A stretch of 63,655 bases of DNA, counting the filler, from Pelomyxa schiedti (taxonomy: Eukaryota; Protista; Evosea): assembly GCA_020536535.1 (NCBI GenBank). It is 3 parts of 3 records of this genome, joined end to end, with 100 filler letters (N's around TTAATTAATTAA, not from the genome) between each part and the next. Parts side by side here need not be neighbours in the genome. Positions count along the whole stretch, not along the records: positions 1 to 31,188 come from JAHLWZ010000379.1; positions 31,289 to 61,348 come from JAHLWZ010000563.1; 1 more part is not named here. The stretch is one strand, 5' to 3'. Position numbers and translations under genes: made by a program. The notes under the pieces are model-generated. The model had not been told where the DNA came from. It did not search any database and saw only the letters and a list, made by a program, of their open reading frames with translations. How positions within the stretch are numbered: the stretch's first letter is position 1; every line of letters begins with the position of its first letter. This document shows, one piece after another, positions 19,701 to 32,607 of the stretch.

Positions 19701-20538
19701 GAAGTGGACTTCCTGTGTATTGGACTGTGAGAACAACAGCAAGTGTTAAAACCAGTGTATGAGTGAGGTGTGCCATTGGGATAGTGATTGTTTATGTTTG
19801 TTGCAGATAACTTTACAACCCGACTGGGACTCCCTTGGCATTTCTGATATGGGAGCAGTAACACTTTATGACGATGCTGGGGCAGCAATTGGGTTAGGGC
19901 TTGTGGGGAACAGCATAAATTTTTCTCTCAACCCAGAAACCACCGCACTGATTCGAGCTGAATATTCTCCAGCAGGTTCCCTCTCTACCTCAGTTGCATC
20001 ACCCAGTGGAAGCACCCCTACCAGCCATTCTCATTTCTCCAGCATTTCGAACAGTATTTCACATTCCACCAGTTTTAGTGAATCTGGTAGTCACACTAGT
20101 CAATCCCACAGCGTGAGCCATAGTAACAGCAACAGTGAGAGCCATAGTTCTGGTGAAAGTGTCAGTGATAACAATAGTCACAGTACTGCTAGCAGCCCCA
20201 GTGGAATCCAAAGCGGTAGCAGCAGTAAAAGTCACAGTACCAGCAACAGCCACAGTGGAAGTCAAAGTGGCAGTAACAGTAACAGCAACAGTGGAAGTAC
20301 CAGTCACAGCCACAGCACAAGTACAAGTACAAGCACCAGCCATAGTACCAGCAATTCCCAGAGCACTGTATCTCACAGTCAAAGTCAACCAACCAGTGGC
20401 AGTGCTCATTCTTCTACTTCTTCTTCTGAACCATCCAGCCAAGAAGACTCCCAGTTGAGTGTCAGTGTGAGCCGTGCATCCACAACCCTCTGTGATGTTT
20501 CCCTTGCTATTATGTTCCTTGTCATCCTTCTGCTGTAA
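16790..20538 (+). CDS. Surface carbohydrate-active-like protein: CBM4/9-like domain + large uncharacterised domain + Ser/His stalk + GPI-like tail (start approximate)
   Basis: NMVTNPSFE..DW..SGSASIKI, GTHDWQ, GTVWFDDI; GVYIDSME, LMMANS, SYQKPYLLLQN, GIWPGFF; S/H-rich 19960-20460; hydrophobic end SLAIMFLVILLL*. Confidence 0.7.
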
Positions 20539-20809
20539 AGAAGACCCATTCTGGTTTCCAGTTTCCACACAAGAGTTGTTGGGTAAAAATGAGAAGGATC
20601 CAGAACCAAAGTACAAAAATTCATAAGTCAGCTCTCATAATCTTTTGGTCAGACATTGAGAACAGGAACCAGAGTGCAACGTCCTGTTTTTGTCTCTTCC
20701 TTTCCGATTTTTATCATCACCCTAATCATTTCCGCCGTTCGAAGAATAGATTCGAGTGAAAAGCCACCACGGTAATAAATTAGGGGATGGGTTTGTTTTT
20801 TTTCCTGTT

Positions 20810-23601
20810 TTAGCTGCTGCGGTCCCATTCAGCAAGGCAGAGTCTCATTTGGTGCAGCTCCTCAACGATTTCTTGTGTTGAGTTGGTGGGTGGTATTCCG
20901 CTGGGTAACTTGTGGAATCCATTCGCTGCGAATACCGCGAGTGCTTTGTCAACGGTTTCGAGAGTGCCGGTAGGTTGTTCCTTGCTGTTGAAAAGCAGTT
21001 GAGAGAGTTTGTGGAGTTCCATTGCTATCTCAATACTGTTCTCTGGGTATCTGCGGTAGTAGGCATATGACAAATGATGAGTTCGAAATACGTTGGTGTC
21101 AAGATGTTGATGGCTTCCTGGCAGTACTTAGCTGCCATTCTCCACTCAGAAAAGCTCGCATAGGCACGAGAAATCATATCATTAGTTTCTGCAATGCGAC
21201 TATTGTGTGGATGATACAGTTCTTTCTGCATTGACAGGACTTGCTCCAGTAGTGAAATTGTTTCCGCCTTGACCCCACCCAACTGTTATGCAGGGGGATG
21301 CGGATAATAAGGCAATACCCCTAAACAAGATTCACTGAAGGATTCTCTGGCCTTGTCGAGTAAAAAGTTGCATTTCTTTTCTTGTTTGAGACAGCTCGAA
21401 AGGTCCTACACACTTGTAAGTACATCACCTTTGTCAAAAATGTACAACCGCTTGGCATATGGAGCAGAAAGGGTGATCTGGGTCATGTCCAATACTAACA
21501 GATATATTAGCACACTTGGGACAGACAAAACTATTAGAGTCGGTTGTCCTAGGGGAGGTTAGAGGGGAAGAGTGTATTAAAGACAAACTCTGAGGAGCAA
21601 GCCTCACAACAGCACGTAAAGTAATACTGTGACTTGAGGGCGGACTGGCGTTGAGCTTTACTCATGTGACCTTCATGAGGGCCATAGTTGTTGAAAATTT
21701 CGTCACCCACAGAGATCTTGCTTGAAGCCCTGATGCTTGTCAATGCTGAGTAGAGGGATGTGTATCAAGACCTGATCACCAGAAATCTTCCATAGTATTG
21801 TAAAAGTGTGTTAGGCCTGCAGGACTTAATGTACACAGTCAATATTGACAGGTATACAAATCTTTACATGATTCAAAAGAGAGGCCGTAGGGAACACTGC
21901 TTGGGCGACTCTGTATTGATAGTTCTCATGTACTGTGGCCTCAGGATGGGCTAAATCGCTCAGGTGAGGATCTCCAACATCAAAGATGGCGTAAGTGTTT
22001 GTCCTGTGTAATGTTGGCTAGTAGTTTTGAAGTTACTTCTGTCTCACCTCAACTGGCAGATAACAGTACCAAGAGCTTCAGCAGCATGAGATACATAATC
22101 TAGAGTGGGACAATCTGGCTGAAGTGATACTGGGAGGAAGTTCAATGGAAGGGAGCGAATTATCTTCACTGCCATTCGAGCACATTCCTGGAGTTGGTCC
22201 TCAGTTAGGTCTTCCTACTGGATGTGACCTGAAAAGCTAAACGGGAGAAAAAAAAAAATACAATGTGTGTCATCAGAGAAAGTACAGTGTCGTCATCACT
22301 CAGTACTCTTGTGGGGGATTTCTCAAGAGACCGGGCTTTATTCTTGCACCGGAGTAGTACACGTAAGGCAAGCCTAACCTCGTCTGTGCAACTATCCAAA
22401 AAAGCAGCGTGTTTACTGCAGTACATAAGTGAATGTAAGATTTTCAAGTCAATACCACTCAGAACTGTGGTAGAGCGAGTCTGATGCATGTTTGCAGTCA
22501 ACAGAGCACCATAGTGCACTGCAGTTATCACATCTTTGATAGAATAAGGAGAAAGTGGGAGAATTAAGGGACAAACGGAAAAAGAGAGAGTCTAGATTTT
22601 AGGCAGTGATGACATCTTTTGAAATTGTGCTCAGAACGGAGAACTGCAGCAAAAGCCTCCTCGACAACGATTGGTTCCCCTGAATGGACTAAGGTGGGAA
22701 GAAAAGGCTTTATCCAAACCGGGATTAATGTCCTTCTTAGCACAAAGTCCTCTGCCAGCTGAGGGAATTTTTGATGGAGTTAAACATACAGATTCGGAAG
22801 CATGGTTTAAAGTAGGGTGAGTCTAGTAGAGATCAAAGTTAATGCAAAAAGACCACGAGTTCTGCATACAGTGATTTCTGGAATGAGTGGAATGAGTTCC
22901 TCTGGGAGATGCACGCTTGAAAGGGATGCAACAGCATTGCAACTTGTATGTTTCGAAAGAAGTACTTCGATTTGTGTTCTGCATGACATATCCGTGCATT
23001 GTGCTAATGCTGTTCGCAAGTCTTGTAGTGCTGAAGGGACATCCCTAACAAACATCTTATATCAATGTTCTGAGAGCTCTTGTTACGTGAATTGTTCTAC
23101 GGCATCGTGTTTTTTTTTAGGTTGTTTGGTGATGCGTACCCCAAAGCCAGGAAAGCCAATGCCCTTCTGTGAAGGACCTTAAACAACAGTTTGGTGGGAT
23201 AGCAACATGACATTGCCATGGTGCAATCTGTGAGGGCTTCTTTGTTCCTACTCGGTGGTTATTGATTCTCACGTTTATAAACAGGAGCGAACATTCCAAG
23301 CTGCATGAACACCGCGGCCCTGTTTGACATGCACAATCCCACAATTTCGCCTCTACCGTATGCGATGGCCTTTACTTGAGGAGTAAGAACTGCCGGTGCA
23401 GTAACCACGATCACAACCACGTACTTTTGTGTACATCAAAGCAGCGTCCACAAACCGCGAAGATCGGAAGTGCGTGTTGCCGATTTCGCGCGCAGACGAG
23501 GCAGTATCGTCGCACTTGGTAGTAGTCGCGCCAAACCCACCCGCTCCATTCCCGTAGATCTCGCTCCAACGCGAGATCTGTCGCAACACAGCACACCTCA
23601 T
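20810..23601 (-). CDS. TPR + SET/MYND lysine methyltransferase (SMYD4-like), multi-exon (start approximate)
   Basis: AREIGNTHF..A..MYTK (TPR); VFPTASLLNH-SC(RPN); EIFNNYGP; RQSALKSQYYFTCCCEAC post-SET; C-terminal TPR helices. Confidence 0.85.
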
Positions 23602-23795
23602 TTTTTTCTTTCGGGTCGACGCGAATCGGCGAAATCACATCACTGAAGGAAGGGAACTCGCTGTCGTGGAGCTCAGACTGAGGTGGGCCTGTACAATGGG
23701 GCAATGAGAATCGAAGCTATCAGGAGAGTGCTCGAAGCAACTTGCTGAGATTACTACTGGACAACAAGCTCGCGATCTGTTGGATTTATTGGATG

Positions 23796-26700
23796 ATGGA
23801 GACGAGTTCGGTGAGTGGCGAGAGCGGATCTGCGACAAGGACACACACGGAGCCTATGACGTCAACGACCGTTGCTGCTATTGGCGGTGCTGGATTGTCA
23901 GATCTCGGCTCTACTTCGACCGTTACTACCACAACTACCGCAGTCACTTCTTCTTCCTCTTTGGTTGCTCGCAGTGGTGACAGTGAGATGGGCGAAACTA
24001 TGTCTCGCGTGGACTTGTTGGAGAGCGCTGCAAACAAAAAAGATCCTCCTAGTTTGGAGCACTTGTCACCAATGAAGGCGGCAAACCACGTGGACAAAAC
24101 TATTGACGAGAACGCGTTAAGACTTATCATACTCGACTATGGTGGGCACTTTTTTATTGCCCTTCATTGTTTTGTCATGTGTGATTGCTTACAGAACAAA
24201 AATTCAACGAAATGGAATTGAGAGTGGTGGCTGCAGAGGGGCAAAGAGACGAGGTGCTTGCAGAACTCTCTACTGCACAGGCGGAGGCTCAACGATACAG
24301 TTTCGTAAACAATTTCTTCTTTCAAATGGCTTTTCCATGTCTTACACACCCTAGATGTTCAACTTCAGGCCTCTAAAAAGAAATCAGATGAACAGACAGT
24401 AGAAATAGAAAAACTACAGCATTCCCTGAATTTACTTTCTAAAGTATTCCTTTTTATTTTTAACTGTGTGGTGTCTTACGTTTTGATCCTAAAACTAGGA
24501 AAAGGATTCCCAAAAAAGAGAATTGAGAATGTTGTCGGAGGCAATCTCCAGGAAAGACACACAAATTGAGCAGACAAGAGGTTTAGTCTCTCACTTTATC
24601 CAGACCCTCCAAAAAAAAAAAAAAAAACAGGTGAATTAAAAATAGTGGATGAACGAGCTGCATCTCTTGCCTGTGCCAAAACAAAGTTTGAGTCTAAGTG
24701 GATCCAACTGGAGTCTTTAAACTCTTCAATGGAGGTAATAAATCCACTACTCTCCTTGGGTATTTCACAAATGAAAACAGCTAAAAATGGGGCTTCGTGA
24801 CAGTGAGCTGAGACTTCTTAAGCAAGAGAGAGAGTGGTCCCAAAAACAAATAGAAACAAAATCACAAGAACTTGTTGAAGAGAAAAAACTGAGAGTGAGT
24901 ATCTTTTTGTTCCCAGACAAGTTAAACACTTCCCTGTCTTCAGGCTGCTCAAGTGTCTACCCTTGAAACCAAGCTTAAAAATACTGTGGAGCAAAATAGC
25001 CTCCTAGAAAACGAGCTCCAATCTGTTAATGTTTTAATTTACTTCAGTTTTCCTTAGCTTACACAATGCCTTTGAACTGATAGAACCGTCTGCAGCAGAT
25101 GCAAGCTTCCAAAGAAAGTTTCGAAGCAAAAAATGCACAACTCAGCAAAGAACGAGAATCGATGAAGCGGCAGTGGAAAGGGGAGCTATCAGCAGCCAAC
25201 AAAAAATATGAAGCTCTGAAGGTTAGTTTTACCTCACATCTAGGAGCCATGTTGAAACAAAAATCTAGGAACAGAAAGATCTATGTGAGAAACGCATTAC
25301 TGATTTGATGGACCAAATAAACCAGTCTAAATTACTTATTAATGAGGCACAAGCTGAAAAAAAATCCACAGTTATTGAGGTTTTTGGCCTCGAGATTTTA
25401 TTCCTTTATTAATGCTGCAGATGGAACAAACAATAGAGCTTTTACATAAAGAAAATGAGTCCCTGAAACAAAAGTGGTTAGAATCACAGAACTGTTTACT
25501 GGGGGACACTGAAGTCTATGTGAGATGGGAAGAGGTTTGTGCTACTTGTTCCCATTCAACCCGCACTAACTAGGGAAAGATGAAAAATGCCAGTTTGGAG
25601 CAGTGGGGTGCCCTTTGTGTGCAAATGGTATACTTTTCCCATCCAAGACCATCATCCTTTTTCACTTTCATTATAAGCATGCCAAATATTTGGAAGCCAT
25701 GGCCTTATATCAGCATGAGAAGCAAGTACGGGAAAATTCTGACGCTTATTTGGCCTCTATCTGCAAGGTAACCCTTCAACATATAAGTGTCAATTAACTA
25801 TTCCCAAAGGAACTAGAAGACCATACACCCTCCTTGTCCGAGGCCCTTATCGAAAATAAAGAACTAAAAGACAAATTGATTAAGCTCACCAGTGCTCAAG
25901 CTTTAGGAATGTCACAATTGCGTGACCTGGAAATACAGTTCTCCATCAAGGAGAGGGAGTTGTTGGTTCTTCAGCAAGGTATACCCTCTGACACACAATT
26001 TTCTCTTATCCTTACCTTGCTGCAGTAAACAAAGATCTAGGAGACCAAGTGTCGCATCTCCTTGAAGAATGCACGGGAAAAGCTATGTCTGATTGCACCA
26101 TTAGTGAGAATGATATCCCACAAGTAAATTTCCAAGATATCAAGGTTCATTCCCTGCTTCCCTCTTCCATTGACTGACTATACTAGTCACTTCAAGAAAG
26201 AAATGAGGAACTGTTAATTATTGTCCATAGATTAAAGCTGGAAAAAGACAGTAATCTACACATAGTGCCTCTTGATGTTTGTTCTCTTTCTAAATATGGA
26301 GTGTAATTTACAAACAGTCAGGAAAGTGCCAAAGAATTGTGTGAAATCCGGGAGGAAATGGAAAAAACAGGAAAATTGGCAGCATCCCTGAGTAGTCAAT
26401 GTCAAATGTACAAAGATCTCTATGAATCATTGCTTGCAGAGCATAAAACAACTTCTGTATTCTTCCACAATTTTTTTTTTCCTTAACAAAGAAAAATAGA
26501 AACCCTCACTAGCGTCACCTCCACAACACGTTTTTGATGCCCTTAAGAAGGACTTTGATGTGTATAAAAGTCAGACTGCAACAACATTGCAACAAACAAA
26601 AAAGGAGTTAGAGGAATTGCGTAAACTTCATGCCTCAACAAACATGGAGCTCGCCAAAGCTCATTCACAGGCGGAGTTACACAATGGTTTTCTCTCTCTT

Positions 26701-29700
26701 TTTTTTTTTTTTTTTTTTGGCATCTTACTCCCACCCTAGTTAAATCTGGGCAATTGAAGACTGAAAACGACAAGCTGAAGTCGGAGCTAGGGAAATTGAG
26801 AGCTCGCAATACTAAAATAAGTGAATCTCTGGAAAACCTCTCCAACAAGTAAATTTAAGCCTGCACTTCACATTTACCCATCTTGTAGAAATGATCAACT
26901 TGAAGAGGAATCTCAGCGTACAAGTCAAGAAATACAAACACTCAAATTAGAGAATAAAAAACTGGAGAAGGAGAAAAAAAAATCACAAGTAGACAGTCTT
27001 TTACTCCTGACATCAACTAACTTTAGGTAACAAAAGGAGTGTAGTCGTAAATGGCACACAGAGTCAGAACAACTCCGATCGGAGATAGCAAAGCTATCTG
27101 CTTCTTTCGCCTCCCTCACATCTTCACACACTTCTGTGGAGGGTATTACATTAGACACACAGCAGCGTTTGGAAGCTGATTTGCAGAAAGCAAATGAAAT
27201 CATGTAAACACTAGAGCAGGAGAGAAAATTCTGACCATTTTTAGCATTGAGTACCGTAAACAACTCGAGGAATCACATAGTACTACCGATGCTACACTTG
27301 TTGACCTTAATCGTCAGTTGCACCAGACCAGCACCAAACTTGCCGAAACTCAAAGCACTTTGCAATTGAAAGAAGCAGAGCTAGTGAGAAGTGTCGAATA
27401 CACGAAAACTCTTCAAAAACAAATAGACTCTATACAACCGGAACTTGATATGCTCAAAAGAAATACACCTCTTGCTACTGTGCCACTTGCTGCAAACAAT
27501 GAGCTCTCAGCACTAAAAGACCTCTTAGAAAAAGTACTACAACTGATTTTGCATATGATTTCAACTTTTGCCCAAGGAAAGGGCAATATCCAAAAGTACA
27601 AATGATCTGGCAGAATCATCTGAGCAGGGCAGGAGAGAGTTACTGGAATCTTTTGAGAAATACAAAACTGAAATGGGATCTCGTCTGGCAGAGTACACTG
27701 CCAGACTAGAGGAGGTACGTTTGACTGTACCTTGATTAATATTAATATACTTAAAGCTGGAGGGATGCCTTAAGACGAGGGCTGCCGAAAACCATTCTCT
27801 TGTAGAGGAAAGCAAGGCTGCACAAAAGAAGGCCGAGGTCTGCTCTGTTTACAATGTCTTGAACAGCCTGATGGTGTTTTTAGGGAGCACAGTCCCGTGT
27901 TTTACGCCTAGAATCCGACATTCAGCAGCTTCAAGTTCAACTGGTACACAAGTCCGAAATTGAGACTCTACTACAAAGTACCTTTTAAGACTTAATGTGA
28001 TAATTTCAAACACATGTCAATTCACAGGTAAGATACAAGATTTCGAAATGGCAAAGAATAAGATTCAAAAGTTATATGAGGATGAAGTTCAGGCACGTGG
28101 GCGTGATTTCGATACAGTCTCGGTAATACGTACAGAGCACAAACAATTACAAACTCAGCTAGCACATATGACAGTACTTCCAATCTTATGTACATACCTT
28201 TCCTTACCATCCTAGGAATTATTTGAATCTCTCAAAACTGACTATGAGGATTCTTCTTCCACATGGAAAGAACAAGAGACTAATTACAAAAAGCGGGTTG
28301 AAGATCTTTTGACAATGTTGTCGCTTATCATCCACACTTTCTCTTACCCTTATCCAGTGTGAAATCTCTAACCGAACGGAAAGACCAGCTACTGGTGCAA
28401 AATGATCAACTGCTAAAAGAAATCAACTCATATGGGTCAAAAGTTCTTCTTTCTTCTGTTGTATGGTTGAAACCAGTACCTCCCCCAACTCAAAATTTGT
28501 AGGAAGGCTCCACACCTAGTGGTGAAGAATTGTTTGGTGTAGTAAGTTGAGATTGGTTGAAGAAATTATTAACACCCGATTAGGTTGAGTGGTTAAAAAA
28601 AGAAAAATGCATTGCCGATTGCCAAAAATCAGACCTGGAGCAACGAAGCACTAGGTAGTGCTTATTCCTTCCAATGTAATTAACACAATTAGGCAACAAT
28701 TCGAAATCTCTCAGAATATGACGACTATTGCTCAGCTCAAAGATACCATTCAGCAACTGGAGACCAAACTTAAGGTGCTTATATTTGCATTTTTCATGGG
28801 TTTTTTTTTTCCCTAATTGCAAGTGTGTACTTACTGACATCTCCCTCCCACAACTTACAGATTCTTCCCTCACTTGAGCAATACACCGAGATGCAAATTA
28901 AGTTAGACCAACTCGACCTCTACAAAGAGAGTAACATCACCCTACGGTTTTACCCTCTATCCCTACTTATCCCCTAATCTGTCCTAGTAACGATAAGATA
29001 GCTTCACTCAAGCTTATTGAAGAATTGAAAAGCTCCAACAAGACTTTAGAGGAGGAGAATATTCGGTTGAAATGTTTGTCTTCTCTGTCTGTATGATCTC
29101 TTTCCTAAACCAAAATAGGTGAACAAACTTCGGGTAAGTGGGAAAAGGAGGAACGGCAAAAATTCGCACTGCATTTGGATGAACAGGCCAAGACTTGGAG
29201 AGTTAAATGTCAGACTTTACTGGTAATTGTCAATCAAAATGTCTATCTGCTGAACTGCCGAACAACAGGAAAAGTACAAGTCCGTTGATCCAGAAGAGCA
29301 CCAGAGACTCCTTTCCAGCAACTCTTCCCTTCTTGAAGAAATAAATGGCTTGAAAGTGCAGAGCAATACTGATAAACAAAAACTATCAGCAATGCAAGAT
29401 GAATTAGCAGCACTCCAAGTAACAGAGAAGAATGTACAGTACATCCACTTTCATTTTGCCTCTCCAAGGTTTTCTTACCCTTTCATTCTGCAGCTTCGAT
29501 CGGAGGTTGTACAACTTCAGGAAAAAGAAAAGTTTCACGCCTTAGAACTGCAGAAAGTACGTTCTACAAGTGCTCCATCTATTACACGTCTTAGGGCTCA
29601 AGGTGTGACTTACCAAGAAAAATACCTTCTCATAGTAAACCAGAAAAATTAGAGAGCCAAATTAAGGCACTGGAGACTTCTCTTGCCAGTGAAAAAGCGG

Positions 29701-31188
29701 CTTGGGAAAGTGAAAAAACTGCGACAAAGGCTAAGATACAAGTATGAATTTCCACAACTTAATTTTATCAAATATGGCTTGCCAGACAATGTCTGCCATT
29801 ATTAGAGAAAATTCAGTTAGATGGAAGACTCTTTTAACTGATATTACCTCTGCCATCAACGTATTTTCCTCTCTGTGATTGCAAGCCAATCTCACTAACA
29901 GTGTTTAAAGGAAAAACCAGCCATTGTGCAAGCAATCGGATCCTCTCCTCCCCAAGTAGCAGAAAAAAATCGCGACATCACCAACTTCCTGACATGGCTT
30001 TCAAATGTCATATCACATAAACTACTTCCAATGCTTCCCAGTTTGCCAGATTCTCCAGCACATGAAGAGGTTCGTCCCCAGTCACGAATGGAAGTGGACA
30101 CTTCATCAGAGCATCTCTCCGGAAATAAACTAGGCATGTGTATAGTGCACCCCCCAACATCTACTTCACCTGAACCAGCTACATTACCTCCACCCAAGTC
30201 GACAATGAGATCACTAAAAAAAATCAATGCCCCATCTGAGCCAAGAGTGCCGAATACCCAATACTCCGCCCCAAAACGGGTGCTTCAAATTTCAAATCAA
30301 CAACCAAACTTACTTCACACTACACCATCTATGGCAAAACGAATACCACCTCCATCAAGTCAGCCACAAAATCCTTCACTTAGAGTTCGAAAGGCACAAC
30401 CACCTGTTGAAAATCTTGTTACACCACTTGATCATGCTCCTACTTCTAGTCCATCACGTGCATCTGGTGAACCAACCACACCACCTGCCCTTTCCACAGT
30501 TACCACAATACCCGTGGCCTCCGAATCCTCTGTGCTACCTATCCCTCTCATGGCTCCTGGCACACCCACACCCACACCCACACCCACACCCACACCCACA
30601 CCCACACCCACACCCACAGCACCCACAGCAACCAACACAACCAACAGCAGCATCAGCAGCAGTCGCAGAAGCCCAAGCCACCCACAGCAACATCCATCAC
30701 GCCTAAAATCACTACTACAACCCCCACCCCCACCCCCACTAGCACCGGCACTAACACTAGCACTACTAGTAGTAGTAGTGGTGGTGGTTGTGGTGGTGGT
30801 AAGGGCAAAGTGGAGGTGGTCGTGGTGAAGAAAAAGTCGGCGGCGTGGAAGCAGGCCACCGCGGGTGTCAGGATATCCACTGTCGGTGTATCCCAGAAGG
30901 AATCTGTATGCCATGCCATCACTCCCCCCAATTATAGTGCTTGGTTGTGTCTATTGTCGATTGTTGTTAGTCTTGTATCTCCTGTATCCCATCACATGAT
31001 GTTCCCAATTCCAATAACGGGGGGAAAAAAAAAACAACAGGCACTCATTCAAAACCTCCTTACCAAGACGAGTGGCTCCAACACTCCACATCAATCGCAA
31101 CACCCCCATGGAGAAGCAAATGCACCAGATACCGAAGAAGATACCGCACTAAGAGATGAGCTGCTCAAGCTTGGCTTTTTGGAGTTGA
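23796..31188 (+). CDS. TPR: Nuclear-basket coiled-coil nucleoporin, Tpr/Mlp/NUA-like; multi-exon, 3' end at gap
   Basis: Long heptad coiled coil with Tpr-like blocks YLASICKELEDHTP, FQDIKSLQERNEELL, LYEDEVQARGRD, WLKKEKCIA, LYKESNITLR, KYKSVDPEEHQRL; disordered Pro-rich tail. Confidence 0.8.
30562..30617 (+). repeat. (ACACCC)n hexamer encoding (Thr-Pro)n
   Basis: About 9 tandem ACACCC units. Confidence 0.9.
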
Positions 31189-31288
31189 NNNNNNNNNNNN
31201 NNNNNNNNNNNNNNNNNNNNNNNNNNNNNNNNTTAATTAATTAANNNNNNNNNNNNNNNNNNNNNNNNNNNNNNNNNNNNNNNNNNNN
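31189..31288. other. Artificial scaffold-joining spacer N-TTAATTAATTAA-N
   Basis: Six-frame stop linker embedded in Ns. Confidence 0.95.
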
Positions 31289-31619
31289 CTGAGGTGGCCT
31301 GAGTCCTATTAGATTCGCAGAACGTACAGCGTGTACGTTGTTTTTGGCGAGTTTACCACGGACTTTAGTTTACATTTTAAACAAAGTTACATTCCAGCTA
31401 AAAGGATATGGACGACTTTTTGCAACTATTCTTGGGGCCTGAAGCCAAGATCAGACCAGGTGGTCTGCTCCGAGGAGAGATGGTACCATCTCCTCAGTGC
31501 CTGAGGTGATAGCGCCACCCCCAATTTTTTGGCCCCAACTGTGGCTTGGACCCGGTGAAGAGAAAAAATAATGGAGTGTTGATTTAACTGGTGACAAATT
31601 GTCATTAACATTTTATTTT

Positions 31620-32389
31620 TCTTCTACGTTTTGTTTGGTGTCATCGATTTTTGCTTCTGTTCCAGGGATGCTTTTGCTGCAAGAGCCCGAGGAAGGAGTT
31701 GTTCCCATTCTTCTCTGATACTGGCGGGTACAATGGCTTGTGGGTGCTGCCGGCTTGGCAGTAGGAGTTGCTGATATATACCTACAAGGGCATCCATGGA
31801 TTGGTAGTAGGTGTTGCTGCAATTATGCTCCCAGGAGCTTAGTGTGTAATGAATGATGGCCTGGAAAGAAAATGGTCTGTTGCGTTAAGGTAAAAACTTT
31901 GTTGCCGCACCTCCCTTTCGTTCCCGGCAGATTGAAAGCAGCGTGCAGCAAAGTATTGTGCTTCACAGTCATATGGGGCAAGGAGTAAAGCTTTTCTGGA
32001 ATATGATACACTGCTTTCGTGATCTTTCTATGAAATAGTTGGGCAAGCAAAGATAGAGATAGATTCCGGAACCTTCTCACTTAGAATGTGGCTGCATTTA
32101 TGTAATATTTTGCAGCTTGCTGAGTGAGGTTAACCCTCTCAAATAGTTCGGCCAAACCAGTAATAGAAGAGGTATCCCGGGGGTTATACTTTAACAGTTC
32201 CCTGGTTGGGAATCAGAACACTGGCCTCAATTTAGTCAAATGGAATTACGTGTAGATTGTGTGCAGTGACTCTGCTGCAACGACTTCAGTATATTTACAA
32301 TCAAGACCTTGGCGCATGAACTGAAGTCCAGTTTTGAAGTCAGACAGTCTCCAGTAACTGATACCTAGCTTTATGGTATCAGTAGACTC
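31620..32389 (-). repeat. Diverged duplicate of the 3' exons of the TMTC gene (matches ~36785-37555)
   Basis: Colinear and highly similar including introns; flank beyond the stop codon differs; ends at an N gap. Confidence 0.9.
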
Positions 32390-32489
32390 NNNNNNNNNNN
32401 NNNNNNNNNNNNNNNNNNNNNNNNNNNNNNNNNNNNNNNNNNNNNNNNNNNNNNNNNNNNNNNNNNNNNNNNNNNNNNNNNNNNNNNNN

Positions 32490-32607
32490 CTCCTCGTTGC
32501 TGGCGCTGTTGATCCTCCCATGTTGCTGGAGCGGCAACCATCGTGCCCCCACAGTAGGCGGCGGTGCAACTGGCAGTAGTAGTCGTCGTCGAGGAGGAGG
32601 AGGAGGA
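32490..32607 (-). repeat. Exact 118-bp inverted copy of 33245-33362 next to a gap
   Basis: Reverse-complement identity read directly. Confidence 0.9.

Noticed and set aside
31233-31244. TTAATTAATTAA palindrome inside Ns (also 61393-61404)
   Set aside because: Artificial contig-joining linker; genes on either side are not genuinely adjacent
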